Assembly: GCF_009914755.1 (NCBI RefSeq)
Contig: NC_060927.1
DNA length: 64,000 nucleotides
Source of the DNA: the human T2T-CHM13v2.0 reference genome, Homo sapiens
Direction: 5' to 3' (one strand)
The first letter of the stretch is position 1. Each line of letters starts with the position of its first letter. Below the pieces are notes generated by a model. The model was not told where the DNA came from, ran no database searches, and worked only from the letters and a program-made list of their open reading frames with translations. A program made the position numbers and the translations under genes. This document shows, piece by piece, positions 13,173-34,094 of this stretch.

Positions 13173-13178
13173 GTTTTT

Positions 13179-13475
13179 GGCCGGGAGCAGTGGCTCATGC
13201 CTGTAATCCCAGCACGTTGGGAGGCCAGAGCAAGTGGATTGCTTGAGGCCAGGAGTTCAATACCAGTATGGCCAACATGGTGAAACCCTGTCTCTACTAA
13301 AAAATATAAAAATTAGCTGGATGTGGTGGTGCATGCCTGTAATCCTAGCTTCTTGGGAGGCTGAAGCATGAGAATTGCTTGAACCTAGCAGGCGGAGGTC
13401 ACAGTGAGTTGAGATCACGCCACTGTACTCCAGCCTGGGCAACAGAGCAAAACTGTCTCAAAAAAAAAAAAAAAA
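13179..13475 (+). mobile_element. Alu (AluS-like)
   Basis: Full dimer plus poly-A. Confidence 0.92.
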
Positions 13476-14284
13476 TTTAAAGGTGCACAAATCTCTCATA
13501 CACTGTTGGTAGGAATGTAAATTAGCACAACCACTATGGAGAACAGTTTGGAGGTTCCACAAAAAACTACAAATAAAAATACCATATGATCCAGCAATCT
13601 CACTGCTGGGTATATACCCAATAGAAAGGAAATCAGTATATCAGAGAGATATCTGCACTCCCATGTTTGTTGCAGCTCTGTTCACAATAGCCAAGATTCA
13701 GAAGCAACCAAAATGTCCATAAACAGATGAATGGATAAAGAAAATGTGGTACTTATATACAATGGAGTACTATTCAGCCATAAAAAAGAATGAGATCCTG
13801 TCATTTGCGACAACATGGATAGAACTGAGGGTCATTATGCTAAGTGAAATAAGCCAAGCCAAGAAAGACAAACTTTGCATGTTCTCACTTATTTGTGGGA
13901 TCTAAAAATAAAACAATTGAACTCATTGAGATAGAGAGCAGAAGGATGGTTACCAGAGGTTGGGAAGAATAGTGGAGGGTAGGGAGGAGATGTGGGGAAT
14001 GGTTAATGGGTACAAAAATAGTAGTTAGAAAGAATGAATAAGGCCTAGTGTTTGATAGTGTAACAGGGTGACTATAGTCAATAATAATTGTACATTTTAA
14101 AATAACTAAAAGAGTATAAGTGGATTGTTTATAACACAAAAGATAAATGCTTAAGGGAATGGGTATCCCATTTTATATGATATGATTATTATGCATTGTA
14201 TGCCTGTATCAAAACATCTCATGTATCCCATAAATATATACACCTACTGTGTACCCCCCAAAAGTGTGCAAAGGATATGAATAG

Positions 14285-14581
<297 letters not shown>

Positions 14582-14922
14582 CCATGAATAGTCATTTTTT
14601 AAAAGAAGAATACAAATGGCCAGCAGGTATGTGAAAAAATACTCAACATCACTAAACATCAGAGAAATACAAATTAAAACCACAATGGGCTATCACCTTA
14701 CCTCAGTCAGAATCACTATTATTAAAAAGTCAAAAAATAACAGATGTTGTCAAGGATGCAGAGAAAAGGGAACTCTTATATGCTGTTGGTGGGAATGAAA
14801 ATTAGTACAATCTCTGTGGAAAACAGTGCAGAGAGTGCTCAAAGAACTAAAAATAGAACTACCATCTGATCCAGCAATCCCACTACTGGGTATCTACCCA
14901 AAGGAAAAGAAATCAACCCATC

Positions 14923-15254
<332 letters not shown>

Positions 15255-15737
15255 TTATTGCAGCACTATTCACAATAGCAAAGTATGGAATCAACCTAAA
15301 TATCCATCAACAGATAATTGGATAAAGAAAATGTGGTGTATATATACAACAGAATACCATTCACCATTAAAAAAAGAATAAAACCATGTCTTTTGCAGTA
15401 ACATGGATGGAACTGGCGGTCATTATCTTAAGTGAAACAAGTCAGACATAGAAAAACAAATATTGAAGATTTTCACTCAGCAGTGGGAGCTAAATATGTG
15501 TATATATGGATGTAGAGAGGAGAATGATAGATAATGGAGACTCAGAAGGGTGAAGGAGTAGGAGAGCGATAGATGATGAGAAATTACTTAATGGGTGCAA
15601 TGTATGTTATTTGAGTTATGGCTACCCTAAAAGCCCTGACTTGACCACTATGCAATCTATGCATGTAACAAAATTGCACTTATACCCCATAAATTTATAC
15701 AAATAAACAAAAAGAAAAGAGAAATACAGAATGAGAA

Positions 15738-16121
15738 TGATATGGTTTGGCTCTGTGTCCCTACCCAAATCTCATCTCAAATTTTGTAATTCCCAATATT
15801 GGGAGAGGGGTCTGATGGGAGGTGATTAGATCATGGGGGTGGATTTCCCCCTTACTGTTCTCATGATAGTGATTGAGTTCTCCTGAGATCTGGTTGTTTA
15901 AGAGTGTGTAGCACTTCCCCTTCACTCTCTCTCTCCTACTCCACTGTGGTAAGATGTGCTCGCTTCCCCTTCACCTTCTGCCATGATTGTAAGTTTCCTG
16001 AAGCATCCCAGCCATTCTTCCTGTACAGCCTGTGGAACTGTGAGTCAATTAAACCTCTTTTCTTCATAAATTACCCAATCTCAGGTAGTTCTTTATAGTA
16101 GTGTGAGAATGAACTAATACA
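15738..16121 (+). mobile_element. MSTA/THE1-type solo LTR
   Basis: TGATATGGTTTGGCTCTGTGTCCC...GAACTAATACA; near-TSD GAGAA/GATAA. Confidence 0.88.
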
Positions 16122-16711
16122 GATAAGTAGATTAAACAAACAGAAAATGGCAAATCATCAATGAATATAAATATACCAATAAAACAACAGATATTGGCAC
16201 AGTAGATTTTAAAGATGATACAATATACTGCCTACAAGAAATTCATTTCAAATATAAAGACACAGGTACGTTGAAAGTATAAAGGTGGAAAAAATACACC
16301 GTGCAAACTTTGAGCCCAATAAAAGGTATATTAATGTCAGATAAGGTAGACTTCAAAGCAAAGAAAATTACTAGATGCAAAGAAGGCCATTACATAATGA
16401 TAAAAGAATCAATCCACCAGAAAGATATGGCAATGTTCAATGTGTAAATACCAAATAACAGAGCCTCAAAATACACGAGTGATCTGAAAGGAGAAATTGA
16501 AAACCCACAATTAGAGTTGAGAACTTTAGCACCCCACTCTCAGCATTTGTTAGAACTACTAGGAAAAAAAGTTAGCAAGAATATAAAAGAACTGAACCAC
16601 ACAACCAACCAAAAGAATCAAACTGACATATATAGAACACTCCACCTAACAAGAGCAGAATATGCATTATTTGTAAGTATTCATGGTACACGCACCAAGA
16701 CAGACCATATC

Positions 16712-16906
16712 CAGGGGTGTCTAATTTTTTGGCTTCCCTGGGCCACGTTGGAAGAAGAATAATTGTCTTGGACCACACACAAAATACACTAACACTAATG
16801 ATAGCTGATGAGGTAAAAAAAAAAAATCACAAGAAAATCTCATAATGTTTTAAGAAAGTTTATGAATCTGTATTAGGCCGCATTCAAAGCCATCCTGGGC
16901 TGCATG
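16712..16906 (+). mobile_element. MER30 (hAT-Charlie), 3'-truncated
   Basis: CAGGGGTGTC..TTTTGGCTTCCCTGGGCCAC..GGAAGAAGAA..TTGTCTTGG..CACAC. Confidence 0.85.
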
Positions 16907-17089
16907 TAAAAAAAAGGTACAAAAATTAACCAGGTGTGGTGGCACATGCCTGTAGTCCCAGCTAATCAGGAGGCTGAGGTGGGAGGATCACTTGAGCCCA
17001 GGAGGTGCAAGTTGCAGTGAGCCAAGATTGTACCACTGTACTCCAGCCTGGGTGATAGAGTGAGACCCTGTCTTAAAAAAAAAAAAAAT

Positions 17090-17136
<47 letters not shown>

Positions 17137-17195
17137 TACATACATATGTTTACACACACAGAGATACACATATATACACACACATATATATGTAT
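16907..17195 (+). mobile_element. Alu right monomer with (CA)n/(TA)n microsatellite tail
   Basis: Alu 3' half, poly-A, then (CA)n at ~17096-17131. Confidence 0.88.
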
Positions 17196-17584
17196 AGAAC
17201 TAAATTAAAATGAAAATATAACATATCAAAATATGTGAGGTGCAGCTAAATGGTTGAGAGGGAAGTATAATACTAAAGGCTCACATTAGAAAAGAGAAAA
17301 AGTCTCGAATCAATAATGTAAGCACCCATCTGAAGAAACTTTAGAAAAAGAAAAGAAAAATAAACCCAAAGCAGGCAGAAGGGAGGAAATAATAAAGATA
17401 AGATTATAAATCAGTGAAATTAAAAATTAAAAAATAATAGAGAAAAATCAATGAAACAGCCTGCTTGTTTGAAAAATTTAAAAAAGATGATAAGCCCCTA
17501 ACAAGACTCACAAAGATAAAAAGAGAAAACACAAATCACCAGTGTCATAAATGAAATACTACAATTTTATGCTGATAAATTTGA

Positions 17585-17938
<354 letters not shown>

Positions 17939-18239
17939 TTTACTCCCTTGAAGAAATGGACCAATTCCTCCAAAATCACAAACTACTAAAATTTAACCAA
18001 GATGTAATGGGTAATCTGAATAGTCCTATAACCACTGAAGAAATTGAATTCGTAATTTTAAAACTCCTAAAAAAGAAATATCCAGGCTCAGGTAGTTTCA
18101 GTGGAGAATTCTACCAAATTTTTTTTTTTAACTTAACACCAACTTTACACAACATCCTCCAGAATAATAGAAGGGGAAGGAATACTTTCCAACTCACTTT
18201 ATGAGACTGGTATTACCCTGATATAAAAACCAGACAGCA

Positions 18240-18565
18240 GGCTGGGCACAGTGGCTCACGCCTATAATCCCAGCACTTTGGGAGGCTGAGGCAGGCAGAT
18301 CACATAAGACCAAGAATTCGAGACCAGCCTGTCCAACACGGCAAAACCCTGTCTCTACTAAAAATACAAGAATTAGCCAGGCATAATGGTGCATATCTGT
18401 AATCCCAGCTACTGGCACATCTGTAATCCCAGCTGAGGCAGGAGAATTGCTTGAACCCAGGAGGCAGAGGTTGCAGTGAGTTGAGATCGTTTCACTGCAC
18501 TCCAGCCTGGGAGACAGAGCAAGACTCTGTCTCAAAAATAAAAAAAAATAAAAAAATAATAAAAA
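18240..18565 (+). mobile_element. Alu (AluS-like) with a ~24 nt internal tandem duplication
   Basis: GCATATCTGTAATCCCAGCTACT followed by GGCACATCTGTAATCCCAGCT; TSD AAAAACCAGAC(A/T)GCA. Confidence 0.92.
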
Positions 18566-18963
18566 ACCAGACTGCAATATTGCAAGAAAAGAAAACTACA
18601 AACCAATATCTCCCATGAACTTAGACACCAAAATCCTCAACAAAAATTAGTAAACTCAGTCTAGAAATGTATAAAAATAATTATGCAACAAGACCAAGTA
18701 TGATTTATTCTAAGTATACAAGACTGATTCAATATTTAAAGAACAATCAGTGTAATTCACCACATAAACACCACGTAATATATATATATATATAGAGAGA
18801 GAGTACTAGAATTTCTAACCACTGCAATAAAAGAAGAAAAATAAATAAAATGTTGCCCAGGCTGGTCTCAAGCGATCTGCCTGCCTCAGGCTCCCAAAGT
18901 GCTAGGATTACAGTGGACTGCACCATTGCACTCCAGCCTGGGTGACAGAGTGAGACTCTGTCT

Positions 18964-18964
<1 letters not shown>

Positions 18965-19011
<47 letters not shown>

Positions 19012-19179
19012 TACACACACATATATATACACATATATATACATATATACACATATATATATACACATATATATACATATATACACACATATATATACAC
19101 ATATATATACATATATACACATATATACATATATATACACATATATATACATATATATACACACACATATATATATATA
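18965..19179 (+). repeat. Poly-A followed by compound (TA)n/(TACA)n microsatellite
   Basis: Directly visible. Confidence 0.95.
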
Positions 19180-19305
19180 GTACTAGAATTTCTAACCCCT
19201 GCAATAAAAGAAGAAAAATAAATAGATTGAGAAGGAAAAAATAAAACTGTTTCTATCAGAAATGATACAACTGTCTATGTAGAAAATCACAAGCAATCTT
19301 TTTAA

Positions 19306-19650
<345 letters not shown>

Positions 19651-19867
19651 TTGTGTAATGACATTACAGCTGGAAATGACAGTTGTGTCATTTCCAATAG
19701 GAACAGCCTGGGCAACGGAGTAAGACCCTTCCTTGAAAAAACGAAAAATAAACCAAAAACCCCCCGCAAATAACAAAGGGAAGAAAAGATAATTTTAAAG
19801 TGAAAAAATCTGGGAGATACTACCTTAGCCAAGTGATCAAAGTTAGTATTACCAGTAATGGGACAGT

Positions 19868-20092
19868 CCTGGCTCACTGCAGCCTTCATGTCCGGAAAGC
19901 AAGCATCAATCCTCCCACCTTAGCCCCCCCAAGTAGCTGGAACTACAGGAATGCACCACCACACCCAACTAATTATTGTATTTTTTGTAGAGGTGGGGTT
20001 TCACCATGTTGCCCAGGCTGGTCTCAAGCTATCTGCCCGCCTCAGCCTCCCAAAAGTGCTGGGATTACAGGCATGAGACAGGATGCCCGGCC
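19868..20092 (-). mobile_element. Alu (AluJ-like), partial
   Basis: Antisense Alu with a ~13 nt deletion at GGTCTC^AAGC. Confidence 0.85.
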
Positions 20093-20202
20093 TGCTTATG
20101 CTATTTTTAATGTCCGAATAATCCACATAATGGTTTTTGTTTTAGTGTACATGGTTATATGTTACTATTATGAATTAGGAAGAATTTTATATTTGAAACA
20201 AT

Positions 20203-20478
20203 TTTTTTTATAGGATCTTGCTCTGCTGCCTAGGCTAGAGTGCAGTGGTGCAATCATAGCTCACTGCAGCCTCAGGGATCCTCCTACCTCAGCCTCCTAA
20301 GTATCTACAACTACAGGTGTGTGCCACTGTGCCTGGCTAATTTTTAAAAAATTTTTTTTGCAGAGACAGGATCTTGCCATATTGCCCAGGCTAGTCTTGA
20401 ACTCCTGGCGTCAAGCAATTTCCCGAACTCAGCCTCCAAAACTGCTGGAATTACAGGTGTGAGCTGCCGTACCCAGCT
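20203..20478 (-). mobile_element. Alu (AluJ-like)
   Basis: Antisense dimer. Confidence 0.88.
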
Positions 20479-23299
20479 CGAATTCTTAATTGAAAATGTT
20501 GCATAAGCCCACCAATAAAATAAAATAGTTTGTTAATGAATATGTAAATATTTGTGTAATATACATAATTTAAAGCATGTCCCGGTACTCTCTTAAAGTG
20601 TCTACATTTGGACACTTGAGGCTATGTGCCTGGGAATTCATTGCAAAATTGCCCTTGAGGTGGTTGAAGTCAGACATTCAGGCAGAGATGATAGTGATGG
20701 CTCCAGGGCAGCCTTCAGCCCTGCTTTCAGTCACCCTCCACCCACCACCCCTTCCCCCACATGCTCAACTCAGAGCCCTGGGTCCCAAAACAGATACACT
20801 CCATTAACAAGCAAGGGTATGCCCTCCCACTCCAAACGGCCAACAGGCAAAAGACCAGAACCAACAAATATCTGGAGGGATTTGGGTTCTTCTGAGCAGA
20901 CTCATCACCCACCTCCCTTCTCTTTTCCCCCTGCCCTCCCTCTCTCCTCCTTCCCTTAAACACCTTCATTCCACGGGTGACAACACTGAGGTCCAGAAGG
21001 GGCAGAGGCTGAATTAATGGCATGGTCAAGATCACCACAGAGCCAGGACTCAACCTATCCTTCTGGTTTCAGGAGAGCCCTGCAATGGTGTAGGAGGCAG
21101 GAATCTTGGCTTAGGATTCACCTGCCCTGGCTTTCAACAGGCTGCTCACTCCAGCCTGGAGCAAGCCACTGTGCCCATCAGGACCCAGCCCATGTAGCTC
21201 CTGACTGGGCTTCCAGGAAGGGCTGCGTGGCACAGCCCGTGGTTCCCTGCCCCCTGCAACCTGCAGCACACCACCCTGTGCCCAGGGGTGAAGTGCTCTC
21301 AAACAACTGCTCTGGTCACCAATCCCCACCCCAACCCTCAAAGCAAAGTCTCCACCCTCCCTGTTCCTGGACGATTCATTTCATCCTGTTTCCTCCTCCA
21401 GGAGCCTGGTTAGAGGCGTCTGAAAGGCAGCTCATCCCTCCTTGGCAAACTCCCTCTCCCACTCTGGAAGACAAAGAGGCTGTTGACTCCTCCCTGGCAG
21501 TAAGGAGCACCCAGCCCTTGGGAACTAGGCTCCTGGGAAGGTGGGTTTGCCTCTCCTCCCTTCCCAATGGGTCTTTGGCAAAAAGAAGCAACTCTTCCTG
21601 TGACATACCTAAATCACTCCTGCTGCTTCCAGCCAGTTCCCTCCGGCTCCACGGAAAAGCCATTATGCAACTCCAGGCTTTGCGTGCATGTGAAGTGGCT
21701 GGTGCTGGTCAGGACATCTGTTCTTCAAGATGGAATGTGTGCCCATTGTCCAGTGCAGATAACCCAGACCCCAGCCTGTAACCCTGAGAGGAAGACGGAA
21801 GCTGGCTCCTCTCCAACACGTCACCGCACTGCATGCCTCACCAGAGCACAGATGGTGGCATTCCAAGTGCTGAGGAGCCCCTGACACTTACACAGAGTTT
21901 AGCTATCTTCCAGGGAAGCAGGATTTTGTGGGGGCTCTAAATTCATCTATGACTTAAGCAACAGTTCTCTGTTAACCAGACCTTGGGTTACCCAGAGCAT
22001 GCTCTCCCCTGGCTTCAGCAGCCAGCAGGGAGAGCCTTCTTTGGGAGCCAGGGACGTGGGGGTGCTCCTGGGTTCCCAGACCTCCAGAGAGATCATAAGA
22101 AAGTGGGAAAAGAACCTCAAGCTCCAGCCCAGCCCCACACTGTGTGGTGTGTAGCTTGGAGCTCTTTGGATTTCAGCTTCCTCAGAGATGGGCAGACAAT
22201 CTCTCAGACTGTCCAGCTTAGGGACTGTCTCTTGTTTCTAACACATATGTCATCTATTGGCTCCCCAAAACATACCCTGCTCTGTCCTCTGCCTCCATAG
22301 AATACGGGCTAGGAGGTTAAACCATCCTCCAAACCACCAGGGTCTGAAACTTCCAGCCCTTCCCCCAAAACAAAGATATATTGCAGTTCCAGAGGGGGAC
22401 TATGCTTCTCAGTCCTGGGGCCACAAAGATCCCCCAGCCAAATCTCACCTCCCACATATGGTACAAAAAGGCAAAGTACACATACAGGGCCTAAAGACCG
22501 TGACATCAGAGCACAGGAGGGAGGCAGGATAGGAGCTGTGGGAACAGTCCATTCTTATTCACTATGTGAGCTTCCCCAGGTCCCTTAGCCTCTCCCAGCC
22601 TCAATTTCTTCAACAATATAATGGGCACAAGTATACACCCCAACAGAGCCCAGGGTGTGGCCCAGAGTCTCCTTAATACTTACTCAGTTCTGCTCCCTGC
22701 CCAACAGGTCACTGCTCTGCCCACCCTGTGCTTCTTCTCATGCCACAGGGAAAACTGGACCAGCCACCCCCTTCTCATAGGGAAATCCTGCAATCCCATC
22801 ATTCGGAGTGATGATCAAGCCCGGACATAGCCTTCATTTATGAAGGCCTGGTCCAGCAGGAATTGTGCACTCCTTTCTCTGAGCCAAAAAGAGGAGTAGG
22901 ATTGAGTAGCACCTGAATAAATAGAAATTTCTGCCTTTACCCCAGATAAGCAGAGTGGCTTTGCTGAGTATAAGAAACAAACTCTGGGTCCCCTTCATGC
23001 TGTTTTCTCCATCCCCCAGTGTAGTTACCTTATTTCATGAGGAGAACCCAGGGTCTTGATAGCTTTGGGCTCACTGTGGCTCCTGGAAAGGGCTGTGCTT
23101 GTTTCTGAAAACCAACTGATTGGTTCTCATTATCAATCTAACAAAATCCCAGTCCCTTTCTAGCATGTCCCTGGAGCTCTGTCCTCATGCCTGACCTGAG
23201 ATCACACCCTGACCCTGACCCACACTCAGCCCTGACCTTGTAGAGGCTGGGACTTCAAAAGGAGTCTGAACCCAGCGAGACAGAAGTATCTACACAATA

Positions 23300-23748
23300 C
23301 TGAAACGCTGTTACTAGAGCTTCTCTCTCCCTTACTGGCTTTGACGAAGCAAGCAACCATGTTGGGGAACCTCACATGTCAAGGAGCTCAGGCAGCCTCG
23401 AGAACCACGGGCAGCCTCCAGCTAACAGCCTTCAAGGACCTCCAGCAGCCAGCAAGAAAGTGAGGTCCTTGGTCCTATAGCCGCAAGAAACAATTCTGTC
23501 AACAACTACATGAGCTTGGAAGCAGACCCTTCCCCAGCTGGGCCTCAGGTAAAACCACAGCCTTGACTGATTCCTGCATTGCAGCCTTGTGAGACTCTGA
23601 ATTACAGGACCCAGCTGAACTTAGCTGGGTTCTGAATTACAGAACCCAGCTAAGACTCCTGATCACGAAAACTGTGAGATAATAAGTATTCATTGTTTTA
23701 TGCTGCTAAGTTTGGGGTCATTTGCTACACAATAGATAGCTAATATAG
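23300..23748 (+). mobile_element. MLT1-family LTR
   Basis: GGCAGCCTCCAGCTAACAGCC...GAAACTGTGAGATAATAA...GCTAAGTTTGGGGTCATTTGCTACACA. Confidence 0.8.
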
Positions 23749-23844
23749 AGCTGTACTGGGAAGTCTTGACAGAACTTCAGGTCATTGAGATAGCTAAGGG
23801 TGGTCAAAATATTAGGCAGCCGTTGCGGCAGGGTAGTGTGAAAT

Positions 23845-24040
23845 AGATAACAGCTACATTTTACTGAGCACTTACTATGTGCCATGCACTGTGCTAAATG
23901 CTTTCCGTGTGCTAACTCATTTAATCCTCACCAGGATTTAGGGACTAAATCCACATTTTACTGACAAGGAAATTGAGGTGCAGAGAAGTTAAACACCTTG
24001 CCCAAGGTCACACAGCTGATGAATAGTAGAGCCAGAAGTC
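23845..24040 (-). mobile_element. MIR
   Basis: CTCATTTAATCCTCA...GAAATTGAGG..CAGAGAAGTTAA...CTTGCCCAAGGTCACACAGCT core. Confidence 0.85.
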
Positions 24041-25569
24041 ACACCAGAAGTACTTTGCCATAACCCTTCAAGAGTAGGGGAGCTGGGATGTCAGTCTGAG
24101 AAATTTTGTTCTTCAGCCAATGGGAGCCCTTGAAAGTGGGGAATAGGAGAGTGGCACAGCCAATATGTGTTTTGGAAAGCCCTTTTTGGCAGGCCAGCAA
24201 GGAAGGTAGGGAGCCAGGCTGTGGGGAGACTTGGAGGCTGTGGGAGTTTGCAGAGGATGGAGAAGTCAGGAGGGAGACCCAAAGTGAGTCATGTGGGGAT
24301 GGGCTGGAGGGAGTAGAGGACCACAGGGCAGAGCTGAGATGCTGACCAAAAGCCACCTAGGTCAGTAAGCATCTTCGGGGTCAGGGCTGGATTAAAGTGA
24401 CCTAGTGGCCTCTGAGCCTTGCCACTTCCCCACTTCTGCTCAGCAGCCCTATAGCCTGTTCCTCCTCCTCCCAGGGTGTGGTGTGGCTGAGGGAAGCTGT
24501 GCCCCCCAGTCAGGCCCTAACCAATTGACTGGTGTCCTCGAATGCTCTTCCCTCCTTCTTCAAAGGCTCCTGGAAAGTGCACTCGAGGGTGAATGTTATT
24601 GCCTGGCACTCAGAGGCCAGGTAGGCATAGCTGAAGCCACCATGGAAGTCAGAGCCTGGCTCTCCCAGGGCAGAACACCCACCACGTCTTGAGGCTCAGG
24701 TTTGCCCAGGATTCTACTGAGCCCCTCTCTGCAGTTTCCGCACCCCCCACCAGAAATGAAACAAAACCAGTCATTGACAGGAATGAGCCAGGCTTAGGGC
24801 AAATGCTGCAATTAGTTTTTTAATCTGGTGATTTACAAACCTCTAAGACATCCGGAGCTCTGAGACTCAAAGCAGCTGATCTCATGCCAGCTAATGAGGG
24901 TGGTGGCTTCTAACTGGAGCGCCTGGCAGCTGGCACTGCTGGGTTGAACTGCCCTAAAGCCAAGACTGCATTAGTAGCTGGACCGGCTCTCCTGGTGGCC
25001 TCCACAGGAGGAAGTGCCTGAGGGCTCAGTAGGGTGGAGCTAGGCCCAGCCTGCCTGCCTTTTGAAGGCTCCACTCCTAGTCCTGCCCAGGCCTCCCTCC
25101 TTGCAGTCCTGTCCTCCCTGGACTCTCAAGCAGCAGCTCCTTTGCTTTTCCTGTGCCTTCTGCCAGGATGCCCTCACTCTCCTCCACCACCCTGCAAATC
25201 CCACCACACTTTCACAAGCCAGCATCTCCCTGACACTTTCCAGAATCCCAGCAGAGATGTTGCCTTCCTCCTCTAAGGGTCCCCAGCTGTCTTGCTCCCC
25301 TCTGGTGGCCCTGACAACATTTTGCCTCACATAAAAGTGCTATCTCAATGCAGTCTTATTTCTTTCTTGTCTGAGTCATGTAGGGCTGAGGCTCAGTCCA
25401 GTTCGTCTTTGCACTGTTCCCCATCCAGCCTACAGAGCTCCATCCAGGAGACCCCCTAAAACAGGCATGAGAGCACTACTGGTGGGGAAAGCAGCCTTGA
25501 AAGAAGCCAGTGCACAGGAGGGTATTTTTAACAAGTTAGCAGAGGTTTTCTCTCCTTCCCCTCAAACAA

Positions 25570-26012
25570 CCTGTGGACCTGGATACATCACCCGGGGAAG
25601 AGAGGGTGGAGTGGATGGCGCCCTGCCCGTATCCCCTCCACATTCACCTCCCCTAGCAAAAGACACCTGTAACTTTTTACTGCAGGCACCTGCAATTCCC
25701 TATCTGAGGGCTTTTTTGGCCACAGGACATGAAAGGACCCACAACCTATGGGAGTTGATGGAGAGATGCCCCAGCTTCCTTGACCTACAGATGGGGATAG
25801 CACGACTCTGAGGTGTGTTCCATGCAGCCTCCCAGAGCTGGAGTTCCAGGCACCCATGGGGGTGACCTGGTCCTTAGCCACCCTGCATTGGCTGCCTTCC
25901 CTCTTCTGTCCCACTTCCTCATTTCCCTTGAGTGCTTCCTAGGATCACCTCCCGAATAAATTGCCTGTGCTCAAATTCTGCTCTTGGGGTCTATTGCTAA
26001 AGGAATCCAAAA
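25570..26012 (+). mobile_element. LTR16-like ERVL LTR
   Basis: CTCTGAGGTGTGTTCCA...GATCACCTCCCGAATAAA..CCTGTGCTCAAAT. Confidence 0.6.
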
Positions 26013-27593
26013 GGAGGCAAGGAACACCTATGAGTCCCCCTGGATCACAGATGATCCCAGAGGTCTCTGAGGAAAGTCTCAAAACTGATCAGGACATGTT
26101 GACAGCAGAAAAATTTCATGAAACTCAAGAGCAAAGCTCCCTGGGCCCACTCCCCAGACAGAGCCTCAGCAGGGGCAGTAAGAACCCAAAGAGGAAATGG
26201 GCATGTGGGGTAGCCCAGAAGAGACTTTCTCTGTCTCCTGGAGAGCTGGCTCCCCAGGCATAGCCAGAAGCCTCAGTTTTCTGATCCCACAGGCACAGCA
26301 GGAAAATAGCAAAGAAACTCCAGGACTGAACCATTATGGAAACCCCTTAATAGCTGGACTTACATCAGCCCCCAGAGCTTTGACTCAACCCCCCAGAAAG
26401 GCAATAAGTCTAGAAAATCATTGGGATTTAATTTTCTGTCATCGTAGTAGAGCGGGAGCCCAGAATCAGAAATAATTTGGGTTACGGAACATGAAACAGT
26501 TTCTTACACACCTGAGTTTAAGGATACAGCAGTAGCTGCTGAACTAGCATTCCTTCCTCTTTCCCTCTTCGTGGTTCATACCTGGTTGTCTAGGACCACT
26601 TAGGATGCTGCAGAGTAAGCACTGGAGACAAAGCACTAGTTCCAGGACCCCCTTCCTGGAAGCCCCCACCCCTAATGCATGGGAAGAGCTCTAGAGTTCA
26701 GTGAGGTATCTTCCACATTTCTCACTCTCTTTGGGATCTCGTGGGGCTCATAGTTTCCCCAGCACCAAGCCCAAGCTATCCAGGGCCAGGCTCTGCCAGG
26801 AAGCAGTCAGGGGCTAGCCCTCTCCATCCATCTGTAGAAATGACTCTTTTGAGGGCAGAGTTGAGAGAGTGTTCCCCAGTCCCTCCTCAGGAGATGGCCA
26901 ATACCTTCCAGTCCCAACCCTCCTTTCCACTTCTACCCCAGCCTCACCTGGAAGCCACGGTGGCCATGACTTGAGGCTGGAGTTACCCTCCTGTTCCCAA
27001 GGTCTGGATGCAGAACATCTGCATAGGCCACATATGCTGGCAGGGCCCCTGCCCTTGTTGGCTCAATCAAAACCAGCCAGGCAGGGAGAGTGTCCAGCTG
27101 GGGCCATGAGGCCTGAGAAGGCAACAGATCTGAGTTAAGGCTTCCCATAGAACAGATAATCTTAGCCCTGGGTCGAGTGACATCCAAGAAATGCATGAAT
27201 AGAAATTTATGGAGTCCAAATACTTGGGTGGTAAAAAATGGCTACTTTATTCCATTTTAACTGAAGGTTAGCATTCTCTTCCATGATGAAAGTAGACAAA
27301 TAGCACAGTGGTATCAGCAGGAGCTGTGACTTTATCACCAACAGAAATCCCAGCTACTTTAATCTCAAGTTACCATTAGTGGAGATGTCTCAAAATGTCA
27401 TTTATTCTCATCACTACTTTAAAATCACTGGGGTTACTCAGCCTGCCACTAGATCTTGTTATTTGATACATTAATAAAGAAACACATGGATTACTGCGGC
27501 CAAAATATGTTTTTAATATTTTGATAACTGTATTTCAATTGATTTCCTATGTAATTATATGTTTTGTTTCTTGTGCATTTTAAAACATTATCT

Positions 27594-34094
<6,501 letters not shown>

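Noticed and set aside
18886-19204. Y/I/H/T-rich ORFs
   Set aside because: They are translations of the (TA)/(TACA) microsatellite and Alu.
21017-21781. 254-aa ORF
   Set aside because: No recognisable domain or gene context; the composition fits chance ORFs in GC-rich DNA.
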